A stretch of 64,000 nt of DNA from Ginglymostoma cirratum (taxonomy: Eukaryota), in NCBI GenBank assembly GCA_024137785.1, contig JAHRHZ010000035.1:15092856-15156855 (forward strand). Direction: 5' to 3'. Positions 49,954-62,432 of the stretch are shown one piece after another. The position numbers and the translations under genes were made by a program. The notes beneath the pieces were generated by a model. The model had not been told where the DNA came from. It was given only the letters and a program-made list of their open reading frames with translations, and ran no database searches. How positions within the stretch are numbered: the first letter of the stretch is position 1; each line of letters opens with the position of its first letter.

Positions 49954-51074
49954 GAGTATAATGCCTTTATTAGGAAAGCCATAACTGTTGAGTTTACTCA
50001 GAACAGCAGATCTCATCAAAGGAAAAGCTGACACTAAAATTATGCAATCCTTATTAATGCCATGCTTCATTGGCTGTATCTTCGGATTGTAGGCACATTT
50101 GAAGTCAGCATGAATAAGGTCAGTGAGTTGAACAGAGTGGAAAGGACAGGGAGTGGGCATTGAGTATCTGTTCTTAATCATGACCTAATGTTGGAAAATA
50201 AATATATGACCGTCACACGACAGGGGAAAATCCCAGCACAAATGAGTGCTGGGTGCTAAGTATTCCTGGATAAAGGCACACAGGGAAATTGGGAATATCA
50301 ACACACTGCATGATTATTCGGTATTTACTGTTTTAATGCTAAAAAGATCCTTTGTTAAATAAAACAGTTTTGTCACACAAATTGAACAGAAGTTCAATAT
50401 AAAATATTTCGATGAAGACATTTCTTGAATACTGCAACAAAGCCTTTGTGATACCTACTGGAACATTAAAATAAAGCAACAGGTCCCAATTTGCACATTA
50501 GACGTAATGTTGTTGACTTTGATATTACTTATATTTTTGACCAGTTCAGGGATGTCAATTTAAGAAGTCACGCATCAGTGTGGATATGGTTTTGCAAGCA
50601 ATGTTATACATAATTTAATGGCTCTTTTGAAAGAGGTACACATGAAAAGAAAAACAGCTCTACTTTGGCCTGGTTAAATACTGAATCAAAATGTTAATTA
50701 CATCAGTGAACACGTCTTTTTTTTTGTTAAAAAATCAAAGCTCTGTCTGTGAAAAGGCAATGAGTCACCTTGTGAAGCACACGAAAAGAGTAAGCCGATT
50801 CCAGTGGTGTGATTTAATGGGGCTTTAGAAAGACTTTAAAAATTAGGCAGGCCTTTTGATACATGCTTGTTTTGTAATAACAATGAAATCCTTTTGAAAG
50901 TCAGTTGGAAAGCCTTTCTTACAGTATAGGCGCTCTTGACCTGTTCTGTTAACACATTCAAAGGCAAAGGAGTATGGTCTATATAGAAACTGAAGGGTAT
51001 AATTTCTTCTGCACAGTTCATGTTATGTCATCCAGGGCTGATTAATGAAAAAAAAAACAAAAACTCTCTCACAA

Positions 51075-51420
51075 CACCATTACCAAAAGAAAAATGACTG
51101 AGAGTTAAGAGGAGACATTTGGATAGGTAATAAGATGTAGGTTTTTAAGGAGCACCTTAAAAGGTAGAAAGACAGGCAGAGAGGTTTGGAGAGGGAATGT
51201 CAGAACTTGGGCTCTATGTAATGTAAATCACAGTTACCAATGGTGCAGTGATTAATATCAAGGACAAGGAAGGGGCTCCATTTGGACAAGCACGGAGAAC
51301 TTTAGATTGTACAATTAGCAGAGGTTACAGAGTTCGTGGGAAGGAGAGCCTTGGAGGCATTTGAAAACAAGGAAGAAGATTTTTTTTGGAGTGTAGCTGT
51401 ACCATATAGAAGCCGGTGGG
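51075..51420 (-). mobile_element. L2-type LINE 3' fragment
   Basis: gtaggtttttaaggagcaccttaaa...gagggaatgtcaga...atttgaaaacaagga. Confidence 0.65.
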
Positions 51421-51550
51421 ATTCAGTCAAGTGTCCTCCCCATATCTTCCAAATTCGCAATGCTAGAGCATGATGTATCTGATGGAAATTTACTCCCAAG
51501 TTGGTTATGATGTTACTGTACTTAACACAGAGGAAATCCTAGCATCTTAA

Positions 51551-51912
51551 GGGGAGGCAATGACCAAGTGGTATTATCAGTGGACTGTTAATCCAGAGAC
51601 CCAGGTAATATTTTCGGGAACCAGGTTCAAATCCAGTCATGGCAGATGGTAGAATTTGAATTCAATAACAAAAATCTGGAATTAAGAATTTAATGATTAA
51701 TCCATTGTTGATTGTCAGGAAAAAACTCATCTGGTTCACTAATGTTTTTGGGAAGAAAGCTGCCATCCTTACTTGGTCTGGTCTAGTCTGGCCTACATGT
51801 GACTCCAGACCCAATGTGGTTCACGCTTAACTGCCCACTGGGTAATTTGGGATGGGCAATAAATGCTGGCCTAGCCAGCAATGCCCTCATCCAGTGAATG
51901 AATGAAAAAAAA
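51551..51912 (+). mobile_element. SINE-B copy
   Basis: Full-length homolog of 8799-9190 with an A-tail. Confidence 0.85.
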
Positions 51913-52034
51913 CTCCCATGTTAAGTATTTTCCATTAAACATATTGATGGATCATTTCTTTTTCAGGTCAGAGGCTGGAGATTCTGTGTGAACAACTCAT
52001 CTTCTAACTCTCTAAAACCAGTCCACAATCTGCA

Positions 52035-52535
52035 GGACACATGAGTGTGATGAAGGAGTCTCCATTGGCCAGGATAAGCTCAGCCCAATCCAGGACAAAC
52101 GACCCTACCTGACTGGCACCTTCTACATTCAGTCCCTTCACCACCAATGCTGTGGCAGCAGTATGCACCATCTACAAGGTTCACTACAGCAACTCACCAA
52201 GCCTTCTTCAACAGCACCGTCCAAACCCATAACCTAAAGCAGCTCTGAAAGGACAAGGGCAGAAGATGCATGAGAGCACCACTACCTACAAGTTCTCTGC
52301 TAAGTTGTACACCATTCTGACTTGGAACTATATGCTCTTCCTTCACTGTTGCTGAGCCAAATATCCTAGAAATCCCTATCTCACAGCAGTGTGGTTGTAC
52401 CTACTTGGACCTCTTTCCATGAACTACAGTAGTTCAGGAAGCTGACTCACTATCACCTCTTCAAAGGCAATTAGGCATGGGCCATTAATTGCTGGGTTAG
52501 CTAGCAATGCCCAACTCCCATGAATAAATAGATAA
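52035..52535 (+). mobile_element. CR1-clade LINE 3' end (same family as 30295-31441)
   Basis: caccatctacaagg..cactacagcaactcaccaag...ggcaattaggcatggg...catgaataaata. Confidence 0.8.
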
Positions 52536-52759
52536 AATGTTTCCCATTGAATGTAGACCTTTGGGATTTCTTTATCATTCAAAACAGGGGCAGGGCAAAC
52601 AATGAAATGGGGCAACAGGCCTCAGACACGGTTCAGCCCCTGTTCCTTCTTTTCCTAATTTTATGTCCTGTTACATTCCGTATGTGTACATATCCTTTAT
52701 CATTTTCTCCTTAATGGCCCAAAATAAATGTTAAAATATTTAAACTTATGTACATCATA

Positions 52760-52912
52760 ATCTGCCATCCTTCCATTGGTCTGGTCTACATGTGACTCCA
52801 GACTTAACTGGCTTCTGAAATGACCAGGGAAGTTATTCAGTTCAAAGGTAATTACGGATGGACAATGAGTGCTGACCTTGTCAATAATGTCCATATCCTA
52901 TTTAAAAAAAAA
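52760..52912 (+). mobile_element. SINE-B 3' half
   Basis: tctgccatcctt...tctggtctacatgtgactccagac. Confidence 0.6.
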
Positions 52913-53751
52913 ACCAAAAGAATTCCTCCTCCTCCAATGGAGTATGTCCCAGTTTCTCAAGTTTCCTTCTAACTAGATTTTTTTTTATTTTTGGCATCAT
53001 CTTGGTGAATCAAAGCTGTGTTTTAAGTTATGTTTATAATCATCTTGTATGTATCTAATCACTGTTAAATGGGCACATGCTATAAAATAAACTTCTACCC
53101 ATCTTCACTTCATTGTGTACTGCTACTTGTTTAAATATGCTTTCTGTCTCATGCCCATGCAAATGACCAGCTAGCCTCTTCATTGTTGCTCAATGCACTT
53201 TTGGGCAGCTTTGCACAGCCAATAAGCTTGCGAAAATTCTGTCAGAACTGTAAAGCAATAGCTCAAAGCAGAGAGAAAGGAGGGAAAGTAATATAGTTGC
53301 AGCTGGAACCCCAACAGATAAGAAATGATCTAAATAGAAAACAATTCATAGCAAGCATTTGAACCATCTCCAATTTATGGCAGTAAAATAATACTTATCC
53401 TAGTTTTCCATCCACAAGATCATGGTACTTTTGAATATTAAAATGTTTTGCTGTTTTCCAGGAACAGAATTAAGTAGCATGCACAAATTTGTCCTGGGTT
53501 TTGTCCGATCATATTCCAGTTCAAGAAGTATCAATCTTTTGATTGTTATAACCTAGAGGTGAAAGGCATGCAGCCATGAATGATTCCCTAGCTGTTGCAA
53601 TGGATCTAGAGTACTGCTGGAGGTCATCTTGAATTTCATCAAAGCACTCACAGTTTCACAGAGATGTGAGATGTTGCTGCTGCACAATAATCCTTAAGCT
53701 TTTCAGATAGTTTCACTAAAATATGAAGTACCACTGAAGGTCATCGCTTTT

Positions 53752-53970
53752 CAACATGGTTCTCAAAGCAGGGGCTGGGACCTCAAATGGGGTCGTGAGC
53801 TGAAGTTTTACGTTTGCAGCGTCCAAGGCAGCAATGAGGGCTGTGGAGTTCAGCCTAAGTCATAGTGACCATGCTCCTGGTCTAACAGGCCTTCGCTCAG
53901 ACAGGTCTCATTGAGAGGTTGTGAGGATTTTCAATGGGTCACAGAGTGGGAAAGTTAACAAAGCACCTCT
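53752..53970. mobile_element. Possible hAT/Charlie-type MITE remnant
   Basis: One end reads tggttctcaaagcagggg..gggacc..ggggtcg. The other end is decayed. Confidence 0.35.
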
Positions 53971-54026
53971 TTACAACACAAAGATAGTTTTTTTTTGTTA
54001 TGGAAAACAGCTTTTGCTGAGAACTT

Positions 54027-54380
54027 TTTTTTAACAATTCATTCGCGGGACATTTACATCACTGGCCTACATTTATTTCTTATCCCTAGTTAAGAACCTC
54101 AGTTAAGCTTCAACCATATTGCTATGGGTCTGCGGTCACAAACAGGCCAGACCAGTTAAGGAGGGCAGATTTTCTTCCTAAAGGACATGAATGAACCAGA
54201 TAGGTTTTTACAACCATCAGCATGGTTACATGGTCACCATTTAAAATTCAGATTTTTATTGAATTCAAATTTAACTATTTACCAGATATCTGTGGATTCG
54301 AAACCATATCACCAGGGTTATTAGCCTGGACCTCTGGATTACTGAGTCCAGTGATAATACCACAAAATCACCACCTCCCC
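54027..54380 (-). mobile_element. SINE-B copy
   Basis: Reverse-complement homolog (tgaaccagat, tgaattcaaatt, ctctggatta, agtccagtgataatac). Confidence 0.75.
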
Positions 54381-56162
54381 ACATGAGAATGAAAGAGTAA
54401 ATATAAGGATCCTTTTCAGTTAGGCTATGACTGAAGTAAATCACTGATGCATGGACGATAGTGTTCATACAACGCACTCTTACATTTCACACTAATTGTA
54501 GAAATAGGCTTTAACGAATTTGCAGATGAGATGCGCTGTGATATTGTAATTGTGACTTCAGTAACAATATGATAAAGATTCTGCTCAAAGGTTGGAACTA
54601 GACAACTCTAAACAGTAATGTGTTCTGCTAAATCATTACGCACATATATTAAATAAATTCTGTTTGTTAAAAAACAACTTGAGGTCTAAGCCTGAGCTTA
54701 TTTTAACAGATTAACCCGTACTAATACAATAATAAAGTTTTAAACACTACTTCTGCTGTAAAGCATTTTGGCAAGTCTTGAAGTTGTGAATTTTTTTTGC
54801 TATCTGCAGATTGTTTGTTAGACATGCAGGTAGCACGGTTATGTAATCATGCTGAATCCAACAGCAAAGGTGAATGTGATATTCTATCCAGCAAAGAACT
54901 TTGGTGATCCACAGAAACCCAGTTTACGAGTTCTTGCACGATGTAAATATCCTTTTTTATAAAAAAGAAGTCTGTATTCTATCAGAGCACTCTAACAGTG
55001 AAACAGATTTAGCCTGCAGGGGTTATTTACTACATGATGACAAAATACCTGGAGTCACCATCAATTTTCTAATGTTAGACAAATAGCCAATAACTTTGTG
55101 ATGTGTCTATTCCCATTTCTTTACCATTAATGTATACTTGCACTTCACTGACAAATTTCTTTTTATTTTGAGGAGAATAGGCTTAGTTGGCCGTAGGGAC
55201 TGATGGGCAGCTTTTTACAAGCTCTTCCACGGTATAATGGCCACCGCTAGTATTCCATATTTTAAATAAAATTGAGCTTCTCCCATATTATACTGATGTC
55301 AAGTTATTTATTGTTACAAGGTTTGAAATTTTACTTGATGATATAAATTAAGGTTTTGTTTGCAGCTGGAGAGCACTCTTTGGATAACTGCTTGTGCACA
55401 TAAAAATCATTCTTCAAACTTAAGGATCTAGTGAGACAATGGTAATGCTTCACCTCTCAGCTAAAAGGTCCAGGTTCAAATATTTTCATTTTACAATTTA
55501 TAGGCACGGCAACTAGATTTAGTCCTTCTACTGTAATAAATGGCAAGGACAAAAGGCTGATTGAAGATTAAAAAAATCATGGAGAAATGGATAGGAACCA
55601 AAGTTAGGGAGCTGACAAAGTTTCCGACTGATCAGGGTAGGGACTTTACAAAAATAAAGTTTATAAACGTGTGAAAGCATGGAATGGAATTTTCCCCTCC
55701 CAGGTGTGGTGTGAGCATTCACTAGAAAGGCGGGAGAATAGAGTGAGAATTTTAAAAATCTTATCTCGATATCAAGAAAAGTTTTCCAATTTTCCCCTTA
55801 AGCTGAAAAGGGGACTTCTTAGTCTCACCATTGAGTCATGGCCTTATGTCTATGCATTAGCATCTCATTATAACTCTAACTCTCCTCACTTACACCAGCT
55901 ATCCAACTTTGCTGAGAATCTAGATGGTGCATAACCCTAACATGTAAATCAGACTAAGTACCTGGCACTGCAGTTCAAAAATTGCTTGCTCCAGCCATTT
56001 TGCAAATGCTTCTTCATGATAACATCTCTGCATCCTCCAGCGCCATCATCCTCCTTGACCTTTCATCCACACAAATCACCAGCCTCCCCACAGCATCATG
56101 GGATAACAAGCATGGGGCTGAATGAACACAGCAGGTCAAGCAGCATCATAGGAGCAGGAAAA

Positions 56163-56197
56163 CTTGACGTTTCGGGCCTAGATCCTTCATCAGAAAA
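56163..56197 (-). ncRNA. Minimal type I hammerhead motif in host-gene sense orientation
   Basis: UUU-CUGAUGA-A-GGAUC(UA)GGCCC-GAAAC-GUC-AAG. Stem I is UUU/AAG, with one stem II mismatch. Confidence 0.65.
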
Positions 56198-56214
56198 GGG
56201 TCTAGGCCCGAAAC

Positions 56215-56614
56215 NNNNNNNNNNNNNNNNNNNNNNNNNNNNNNNNNNNNNNNNNNNNNNNNNNNNNNNNNNNNNNNNNNNNNNNNNNNNNNNNNNNNNN
56301 NNNNNNNNNNNNNNNNNNNNNNNNNNNNNNNNNNNNNNNNNNNNNNNNNNNNNNNNNNNNNNNNNNNNNNNNNNNNNNNNNNNNNNNNNNNNNNNNNNNN
56401 NNNNNNNNNNNNNNNNNNNNNNNNNNNNNNNNNNNNNNNNNNNNNNNNNNNNNNNNNNNNNNNNNNNNNNNNNNNNNNNNNNNNNNNNNNNNNNNNNNNN
56501 NNNNNNNNNNNNNNNNNNNNNNNNNNNNNNNNNNNNNNNNNNNNNNNNNNNNNNNNNNNNNNNNNNNNNNNNNNNNNNNNNNNNNNNNNNNNNNNNNNNN
56601 NNNNNNNNNNNNNN
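56215..56614. other. Assembly gap, 400 N
   Basis: Run of Ns. Confidence 1.
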
Positions 56615-57194
56615 GCTGCTTGACCTACTGTGTTCATCCAGCCCCATGCTTGTTATCTCGGATTCTCCAGCATCTGCAGTACCTTTTACCTCTCCCCACA
56701 GCATCATGTCTGCTCTCAGATCAAATCAGGCACCACTTCAACCACTTTACATTGGAACTCAGAGAATCCTATGGCTCCATGCTTATGCTGGGTCACTGTA
56801 TGCACAGGGACACACATGTATTTGCATAGGATGCACCTCAGAGTGTTTACTTAGTGCTCACTCACTTTACCATTTACTTGGAGGCTGCAGCCTCTATGTA
56901 CTTCACATTGCTTTTTTCGCACATACTCAAGGATTTCAGCACTAATTTACAGGCTGCCAGTTCTTGTGCGACCCCTGAGCACATAGGATCCTTAGTGCTC
57001 AGTTACAGATTGCCAGCTCAATGGTTTTCATTGAGTTTTAGCGCAGAGAGGGAGGGACAGGCAGCTAGTAACAATGGGGACGACCAAACTGTCAAGCTAT
57101 CAGTCAGACAGCAGAATGGATGTCACTGACTGGCACCATGTCATATCAATATCAGTGCTTGGACCAAAGCGATTGACAGCATTTATAATAATTT

Positions 57195-57842
57195 AGACAA
57201 AGGAACTAAATGTAAAAGTGGACTGTGAGCAGGTGCAGAGATGTTCCAGTGTGATTTGGACAAGTTGAGTGAATGGGCAAATGCATGATAGGTGAGAAAA
57301 TGTGAGGAAATCCACTTTGGTAGCAAAAACAAAAGGTGCATTATTACCTGAATGGCAATACTTTAGGAAAGTGAGAGGTACAATGAGACTAGTCATTGTA
57401 CACCTGTCATAGAAAGTTAGCATGAAGGTCACAGCGAGCAAAAGGCAAAAAGTTACATTGGCCTTCACAGCGAGAGTATTTGAGCAGAGGTACTTTGCTG
57501 CAATTTCACAGGACTGCTATCGAAATTTACCAGACTGATTCCTGGAATGCAGGACTAATGTATGAAGCGAGGATGGATCGGTTAGGACTATAATTAGTTA
57601 GAAATGAGGTGGAATCTCATAGAATCTATAACATTCTCTGCTACAGAAAACGGTTAAGACCAAAACATTGAATGTTTTCAAGAAGGAACGAGAGATAATT
57701 TTTAGGGCTAAAGAGCTCAAAGGGTATGGAGAGCAAGTGGGAACAGGGCACTGAGTTGGACAACCAGCCATGATCATATTGAATGGTGGAGCAGTCTCGA
57801 AGGGTTAAATGACCTACTTCTGTTCCTTTTTCCTATGTTTCA
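57195..57842 (+). mobile_element. CR1 LINE 3' fragment with internal deletions
   Basis: ttgagtgaatgggcaaa, tttaccagactgattcctggaatg, gatcatattgaatggtggagcag..tcgaaggg and a cctatgttt tail. Confidence 0.8.
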
Positions 57843-58849
57843 TTGTAACTGTCATGAAACAATCGCTTTCTAAACATAATGTCGAAAGAAAAGTTGTTTT
57901 TTTCTCTCTCTTCCATTTAATTTAGTTAGCAAGGGATACAAAATGTATTACCTCAACTGCAGCATTTAGATTGATCTCATGATCAAATGGTAAACACTGG
58001 AAGCAACATTTTCTCCAATCAGAAAGCAATTTGCTACCTCGTTAATATCAACCAAGAAGCTGATTGAAACTGTGGAGCTTAGAAAACATGGAGATGGACT
58101 GAAGAAAAGCTCAACTTGAACAACATTCACAGAGTGAAGAGATCTGTTGCCATAGCACTTAGAATTCTTGATGCAGAACGCACATTAAAGGCAACTGAAG
58201 TGCAAGAGACTATTCTTCATCAGTGCTGTGGAACCCTGAAGTGTCACTCACAGAAAGGGCTTGAAGCTAATGGTAAACACAGTAATTGGACAGCAGATAC
58301 AATCAACATAGATGTTATTTAAGGATGATGACTCTTTATTGATCTAGTTATTGCTTTCTTATAACTCATGTGTTAATTATGCAGCACCAAAAAGTTAAGG
58401 GGTAACAAAAGGTTACAAGCAAATTATTGTTGAGCACTGAATAAAATTTAAAACCAAACATAGACATTTCGCTTGTTCATAAATAGCAATGATATGCAGC
58501 ACGTACACCCCAGGTTCAAACAACTGAACTGCATCATTGACATCCCTTAAACCATATATCATTTGTAAGAATAGCGCTTCAAAATAATTTGTAACACCTC
58601 GTGGACCAAAGCTTGGGAAACCAAAATTTTGAATAATATTCAGTATCATATCTGCAAACAGTGGTAATGTTTGACCAACATCTTGGAGTTTTGTGAAAAC
58701 ATTATCAACTTGGTTGAAAGGGAAGGTATGACTGAAAACGTACTTAGATTCACATAAAGCTTTCGCAGCAATTTTCCTCTGCTATTGTGGATAACAATAT
58801 GTATGTTAATTTATCTCCCATAGTTTTCAACAGTGAACATAAAGTGTTG

Positions 58850-58955
58850 CCTGCATATGTGGATGCATACTTGCACATTTGTGCATTTGTATGTGAATAT
58901 GTGTGTTTGCATGGACAGATACATGAAAGCCTGCATTGACATATGTGTGTACATC
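58850..58955. repeat. Degenerate purine-pyrimidine (TG/CA/TA) microsatellite
   Basis: tgcatatgtggatgcatac...tgtgtgtttgcatg...atatgtgtgtaca. Confidence 0.5.
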
Positions 58956-61900
58956 CTAGTAATGAAGATCCAGGGGGTGAAGCTTAAAACGGGATAGTGG
59001 TTAAGATAATTCCATTGCAAATCTTCTTGATGACTCCTAAAATGCTGCCTCTTATGATAATTTGCCTCAGTGGCTATGGACAAGTGGAAAAATAAAATCA
59101 TCCTTGTTCTTATCCCAATCCAGTGACCACAGTGGTATTTGCAGCTTAGTCGACTCTGCACCTCACCATGTGATAGGTATCTTACTACTGTACTAATTGT
59201 AGGGATCTACAGGACCTATTTAGTCTAGTGCGATTAATGGGAAACACTTATTGGTCTAACTAGAAGTATCCCTTGCATTGAAGAAGAACTAATTCATTGC
59301 AGTGTTAGCAACTGATTACAAGCAACATTAATATAATAGACATTGTTTAAAGGACTATGAAAGGACCTGGATATTGGGTCTTAGTTCACTAAGCTCCTAA
59401 GCTAAGTCCCCACAAGTCCATATGAAATCATGATAAAGGGTTGTTCTTATGGTAATCTTCAGCATTGACACTTTTAGTCCCATATACAAGAACCGCTTTG
59501 GAACAACCACCATGTGGACATTAGGTGAAGATAGGATTTTTCGTTTATACTGTTGTTCTCTATGGTTAAACAGCCAGAGAGTATTGGTAATTCACAGTCA
59601 TGTTAACAGTGCTCCCACAATGAGGCATAGGAATCCATCAATGCTTCTAGGCATAAACTTCAACAGGAATACTGTATATTGTCTATGTTTCTCTTCTATC
59701 TTCAAAAGGAGGGAAGATCATGGAGTCCTTTCCTCTCCAGTTGCTACAGATCTCTTCGGTAGCTGCACTGGAAGAGCAACCTGCAACCCCACTGAAATTG
59801 CTTCAAAATGCAGACTCAGTCACTGAACTTAACAAGTGGACCACTATAGAGTCTTGTATTTATTCCCCAATAACAGTTATATTTTTATGATATCAACCAT
59901 TTAAATGTCTGTGATGTTTTATTCACCATGTCCTGAATAACATGCAAAGTAGGATGTCAATAATAGGACTGAGACTATGAATCTTTGGGAGCACTGTGTA
60001 AGTGATTACTGAGGTATATGGTCTCTCAATATATGTTCGACTAAATGGAGCATTTTTTGTAAGTTAATTCATCATAAAACTATAATAAAATGCTGGCAAC
60101 ATGAAAAAATGTTGCATAGTACAAAAATTCAACCACCATCATAACAGAAATATTGCATATAGACCTGAACAATGAATGCAAATCAAATGCAATAATATTA
60201 ACATTGGACCAAGCCATTTAGAAATCCTTAACATTGCAGGAAAAGATTACAGTTTTGATAATTTTTCACAATTACTTTACTTAAGGGAAAGGGGTTTATA
60301 AAATTATGATTTATAGTAGGCAATAGTTCTCAGATGATGCATTTGTTATATCCATGGTACACACACTCATCTTCAAATCAGGCATTTATGGTTTCATATC
60401 CAAATCTAGAAATCAGAATACATAATCCAGACTGATTTATCAGTGTTATACTTGCATTACAGTCATAACTGATGGCCCAGATTTTTGCTCAACATAAAGT
60501 TTCTCTGTCATGACCAAAAATGGCAGAAGATGTTGGAAATCCTCATTCCCATCCCTAAATCCAGCATTTTCTGTTGACATGGTGACACGATTGGGAAGAG
60601 GCATGATTGATACATACATGCTTTGTGGAGGTAGCTGGCCATTTAAATGAGTGGCTTCCTCTACTCAAATTGTATTTTGGAATCCTTGCTGTCTACACTC
60701 CAGAGAAAATAAGTCAGATAAAAAGTTCTTAGTGGACTGGTTTTGAATATCCTTTAGGTACTCCTTTCCTAAGGCACTCCTGTGGATATGGTCCAAGGAA
60801 TCCTTGGGGTCAGGTTCAGGTATGCTTTGATGAGAGATAATGGAACATTTGGGATTGTTACCTGTAAAGGGGATTGTGCATAAATGGTGCATGACCCCTT
60901 AGAACAGTAAAACCTGTAAAAGACCTGTCAAGAAGTGTCAATCTTTTCAAGAACTGACAAGAAGTGTCATGCAGTGTTAAGACACGTCAGGATGTGATAA
61001 TATCTATCAGTAAGCCTCCTCAACTATTCTTACGTAGCTAGATGAAACTTCCAATCCAGTCCGTCCCCATCCCAGACCAAAAATGTCAGGTGCATGTGGC
61101 CATTTTTCAAGGTCAGCAAACCAGGAATTCTCCTGCCTCTATGCACCCAACCTGGGAACAAAATCAGAGCCACTGTCTAACAGAAGAGATGTTTAAGCAA
61201 AACCCTGGTTTTCCCATCTGGTAGGTGAAAAAGATTTCATGATATTGTTCAACAGGGGAGTTATCCCAGTCACTAAAGAGTGAATATTTCAGTCCATATT
61301 GGAATGCATTTATGGGATTAGGAGTGGCTCAAGATAGATGCAAATACCTCTCAACATCATCCAGCGTATTCCCCACCTACTAAGTACCTAGTTGACATGC
61401 ACCAAAGTTCAAGTCAGGATTCAATGCCTTAGGGAGAAATGTTGAAACTACAGTAAAATAATCTTGATAAACAAATGCTGGCACACCAAAATCTTTGATC
61501 GATGCACTAGTGTTCCAGTCTTCCTGCCAATAACTTCTTTCAATAAATTACACCGTACTTGACTCTGATAGCTTCTCAGACACTGACTGTTTAAGATTAA
61601 CCCATAGTAAGCATAAATAAATGCAGCTGCTTTGTTGATTAACAGAAATTGCTGAGTCAGTAGGTACAATATACAACATTGATTGACTTGTACTCAGGAA
61701 AATGGACGACCTGACGTGTATCCCTCTATAACCTGTACCATACTTGGTAAGAGTTGTAACATTTCCCACGGAGAAAGATATTAATTGGCTTAATAATAAC
61801 GTCTCTGCTGAGCTTTGGCAGACAAAGATGAAACAAGATTATACCTCAGGGGGTCAGCCTGCCATTGCTTTAGTAACTCACAATAAATCAAGCAATAACA

Positions 61901-62355
61901 CTTATTGGGCATCAGTGCACAGTAATAATTAGGAACAATGATCCAAACGCATATAAAAGAAAACTTTAAAACATAATTTGAAATAGATTTCCTAGGGTCT
62001 TGTTACTAAATAATGGTTTTGTTCAGTCATAATAAAAGATCTTAAAAACATATTTAAAGTATTAATAGAGACAAATAGGAATATTTTAGGTGCTCCACTG
62101 ATAGAAAAGTGTCTGGAAGATTTTCATTACAGATTCATTGCAATCAGCCCTTATTGTATCACTTCAGTATTTCATACTTTGCAAGATCATGTTAAGTGAT
62201 CATTTCAATATTGAATACAATTTCAGGGTTTAGCTTCAAGAAAAGACTCCACATGACTTCAAACAAACAAATTCCTTCCCCATTCTTCCAAAAATCTCTC
62301 CTGAGATGTAGAATTTCCCAGCTAAGATCACAGGTAAACAGGCTGCAAACACAGC

Positions 62356-62432
62356 TAACAAGCATGGGGCTGGATGAACACAGCAGGTCAAGCAGCATCA
62401 TAGGAGCAGGAAAACTTGACGTTTCGGGCCTA
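62356..62432 (-). mobile_element. Truncated single arm of the subfamily A variant
   Basis: Near-identical to 56104-56180 and truncated within stem II. Possible 6-bp TSD acagct. Confidence 0.8.

Larger units (their letters stand above)
56101..56691 (+). mobile_element. Palindromic Penelope-like element, subfamily A variant, spanning the assembly gap
   Basis: Inverted arms lie on either side of the Ns. 17-bp TSD ctccccacagcatcatg at 56084-56100 and 56692-56708. Confidence 0.85.

Noticed and set aside
55986-56945. Long ORFs of 163-319 aa
   Set aside because: Artefacts of reading through the 400-N gap.
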